NCBI RefSeq assembly: GCF_036365525.1
Contig: NC_090397.1
Span: 56,832,091 to 56,896,090 of the forward strand
Source: Heterodontus francisci
Taxonomy: Eukaryota
Direction: 5' to 3'
Length of the DNA: 64,000 nt
This document shows, in pieces, positions 61,790 to 64,000 of this stretch. Position numbers and translations under genes: made by a program. Positions within the stretch are counted from its first letter, which is position 1. Each line of letters begins with the position of its first letter. The notes under the pieces were generated by a model. It was not told the DNA's origin and searched no databases. It saw only the letters and a program-made list of their open reading frames with translations.

Positions 61790-64000
61790 CAATGGGGCCA
61801 GTATTCTGGTGAGTCATATAACTAGGGCAGTAGAGAGGGCTTTAAACTAAATAGTCGGGGTGAGGAAAGATGCGATAGTTTAGAGAGAGAAGGCAAGAGT
61901 GCAAAATAGCAATAAGGATGATGATCGGGGTGTGACAGGAAGGGACAGTGCATACAAACTGAAGAGTGAGCCAGCAGATAAGACTAGAGGATGTGAACGA
62001 AGACCAGCAGAATGGACAGGAAGGGACGGAGTTTAACACAAATTGTACATCAAATAAGGGAACTTTTTTTTTAAAGGTTCTATATCTGAATGCGTGAAGC
62101 ATCTGTAATAAGATAGATGAACTAGTGGCACAAATGGAGGTACATGATTTAGATCTAATCACCATCAACGATACGTGGTTACATGGTGATCAAGGTTGGG
62201 AAATGAATATTCTAGGGTACACTATTTCGGAAAGACAGAATTGCAAAGGAGGAGGGGTAACACTGGTAAAGGATGACATGAGGGCATTAGTGAGAAAGGA
62301 TCTGGTCTTAGAAGATGAAGTACAATCAGTATGGGTGGAAATTAGGAATAGCAAGAATCAGAAAACACTGGTGGGAGTAGTTTGTAGGCCCCCTAAGGGT
62401 AGTTATACCATTGGACAGAGCATTAAAAAATAAATTATTGGAGCTTGTAACAAAGGCAATGTAATAATTGTGGGGGATTTTAATCTTATAGACTGGGACA
62501 ATGAAATTGGCAGGAGTGGTCTAGAAGATGAGCTTGTAGAAGGTTTTTGGGACAGTTTCTTGGAGCAACATGTGAAACTAACTAGGGATAAAGCTATCTT
62601 GGATCTAGTATTGTAAAATGAAGCAGGGTTAATCAGTGTCACAGGAAAAGATCAACTGGGAAACAGTGATCATAATACCATGAATTCCATGTTCAGTTTG
62701 AAAGTGACATGCTCTAATCACAAGAATCTTAAAGCTAATTACTTAAGCATGAGGGGAGAACTGGCTAAGATAAATAGACTAAAAGGTATTTTGGTAAATG
62801 AACAGTGGGAAACCTTTAAAGAAACAATTCAAAATGTTCAACAAAAATACATTAATTTGAAAAACAAAAACTCAGCCAGAATGACCCATCCGTGGCTCAC
62901 TTTCGGAAGTTGAGGATAGTATTAGATTGAAAGAAATAGCTTACAATGTTGCAAAAGAGAGTAGCAAGTCTGAGGATTGGGAATGTTTTAGAAACTAGCA
63001 AAGGGCCACCAAAAGTTGAAGGAAAAAATTAGAATGAGAGTAAACTAGCCAGTAATACAAAGAGTTTGAAAGAGCTTTTATAGGTATATCCAAAGGAAGA
63101 GTAGCTGAAGTAAATGTTGGTCCCTTGGAAGCAGAGACAGGAGAAATTATCATGGGTAATAAGGAAATGGCAGGGGCATTGAACAAATATTTTGTCTGTC
63201 TTCACAGTAGAAGACACTAGTTCAATCCAGAAATAGGCAGTAAACTAGGAGCTAAAAAGAGTGAGGAAATTAATAGAGAAAAAATATTGAAGAAACATAA
63301 GGGACTAAAATCTGACATCTCCAGGACCTGATGTTCTAAGATAGCTGCAGATACAGTGGTTGCGCTAGTTATGATTTTCCAAAATGCCTTTAAATTCTGG
63401 AATGGTCCCATCAGATTGGAAGTTGGCAAATGTTAACACTGCTTTTCAAGAAAGGAGGGAAAGAGAAAATGGGGAGCTACAGGCCAGTTAACCCAACATC
63501 AGTCATTGGGAAGATGTTGCAGTCTATTAAGGAACTCTTAACAAACTTAGAAAAGCACAATATGATTAGAAAAGTCTACATGGTTTTCCTCGAGGGAAAT
63601 TCTGCTTGACAGATTTATTAGAGCAGTCAGGTAGATAACGGTAATCTGTAAATTTTAGTACACCTGGATTTCCAAAAGGCATTTGATAAAATGCCACACA
63701 AGGTTAATTGGCAAGATATGGGCTCATGGAGTTGGGGGTAATCAGCATGGATAGATTGCTTCTTGTCTGTTAACCAATGAGCAGGCATAAACGGGGCGTT
63801 TTCAAGTTTGCAGGCAGTAAATAGTGGAGTGCTGCAAGAATCAGTGCTTTGGCCTCAGCTATTTACAATCTATGTTAATGACTTGGATGAAGAGACAGTA
63901 GTATATCTATTTGCTGATACAATGGTAGGTGGAAAAGTAAGCTGTGGGTAGGACACAGGCTGCAAAGAGATATACACCAGTTAAGTGAGTGGGCAACAAG
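61790..64000 (+). mobile_element. Old CR1 LINE (end of ORF1, endonuclease, RT), heavily decayed, runs off the window
   Basis: ITRAVERALN*, DLITINDTWL, GGGVTL, SVWVEIRN..GVVCRPP, GDFN, and remnants of the RT motifs (DFQKAFDK, FAD) with many stops. Confidence 0.85.

Overview
Vertebrate genomic DNA, most likely from a shark or ray, judged by its HE1-type V-SINEs, SacSINE1/Deu-type SINEs and abundant CR1. It holds two intron-rich genes on the + strand. (1) A complete TMEM209 gene: 14 coding exons from 2555 to 23605, all joined by GT-AG introns with matching phases, giving a 1695-nt CDS (564 aa) behind a motif-dense CpG promoter at about 1.9 kb. (2) The 5' part of a type II CAX cation/H+ exchanger (Vnx1-like, YccF/DUF307 domain), starting at 38105 and running off the window. 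The rest is largely transposons: CR1, L2, RTE and Tx1 LINEs, a Penelope element, a solo LTR, DNA-transposon ends and at least four SINE families, often nested with readable target-site duplications (TSDs). The most unusual feature is a young Penelope-derived 206-bp palindrome flanked by a 15-bp TSD. It lies in the probable TMEM209 3' UTR and carries a minimal hammerhead-ribozyme motif in each arm, one per strand; related motifs with compensatory stem changes recur in intron 1 of the CAX gene. All calls were made by eye without database searches, and repeat boundaries are approximate unless a TSD is given.
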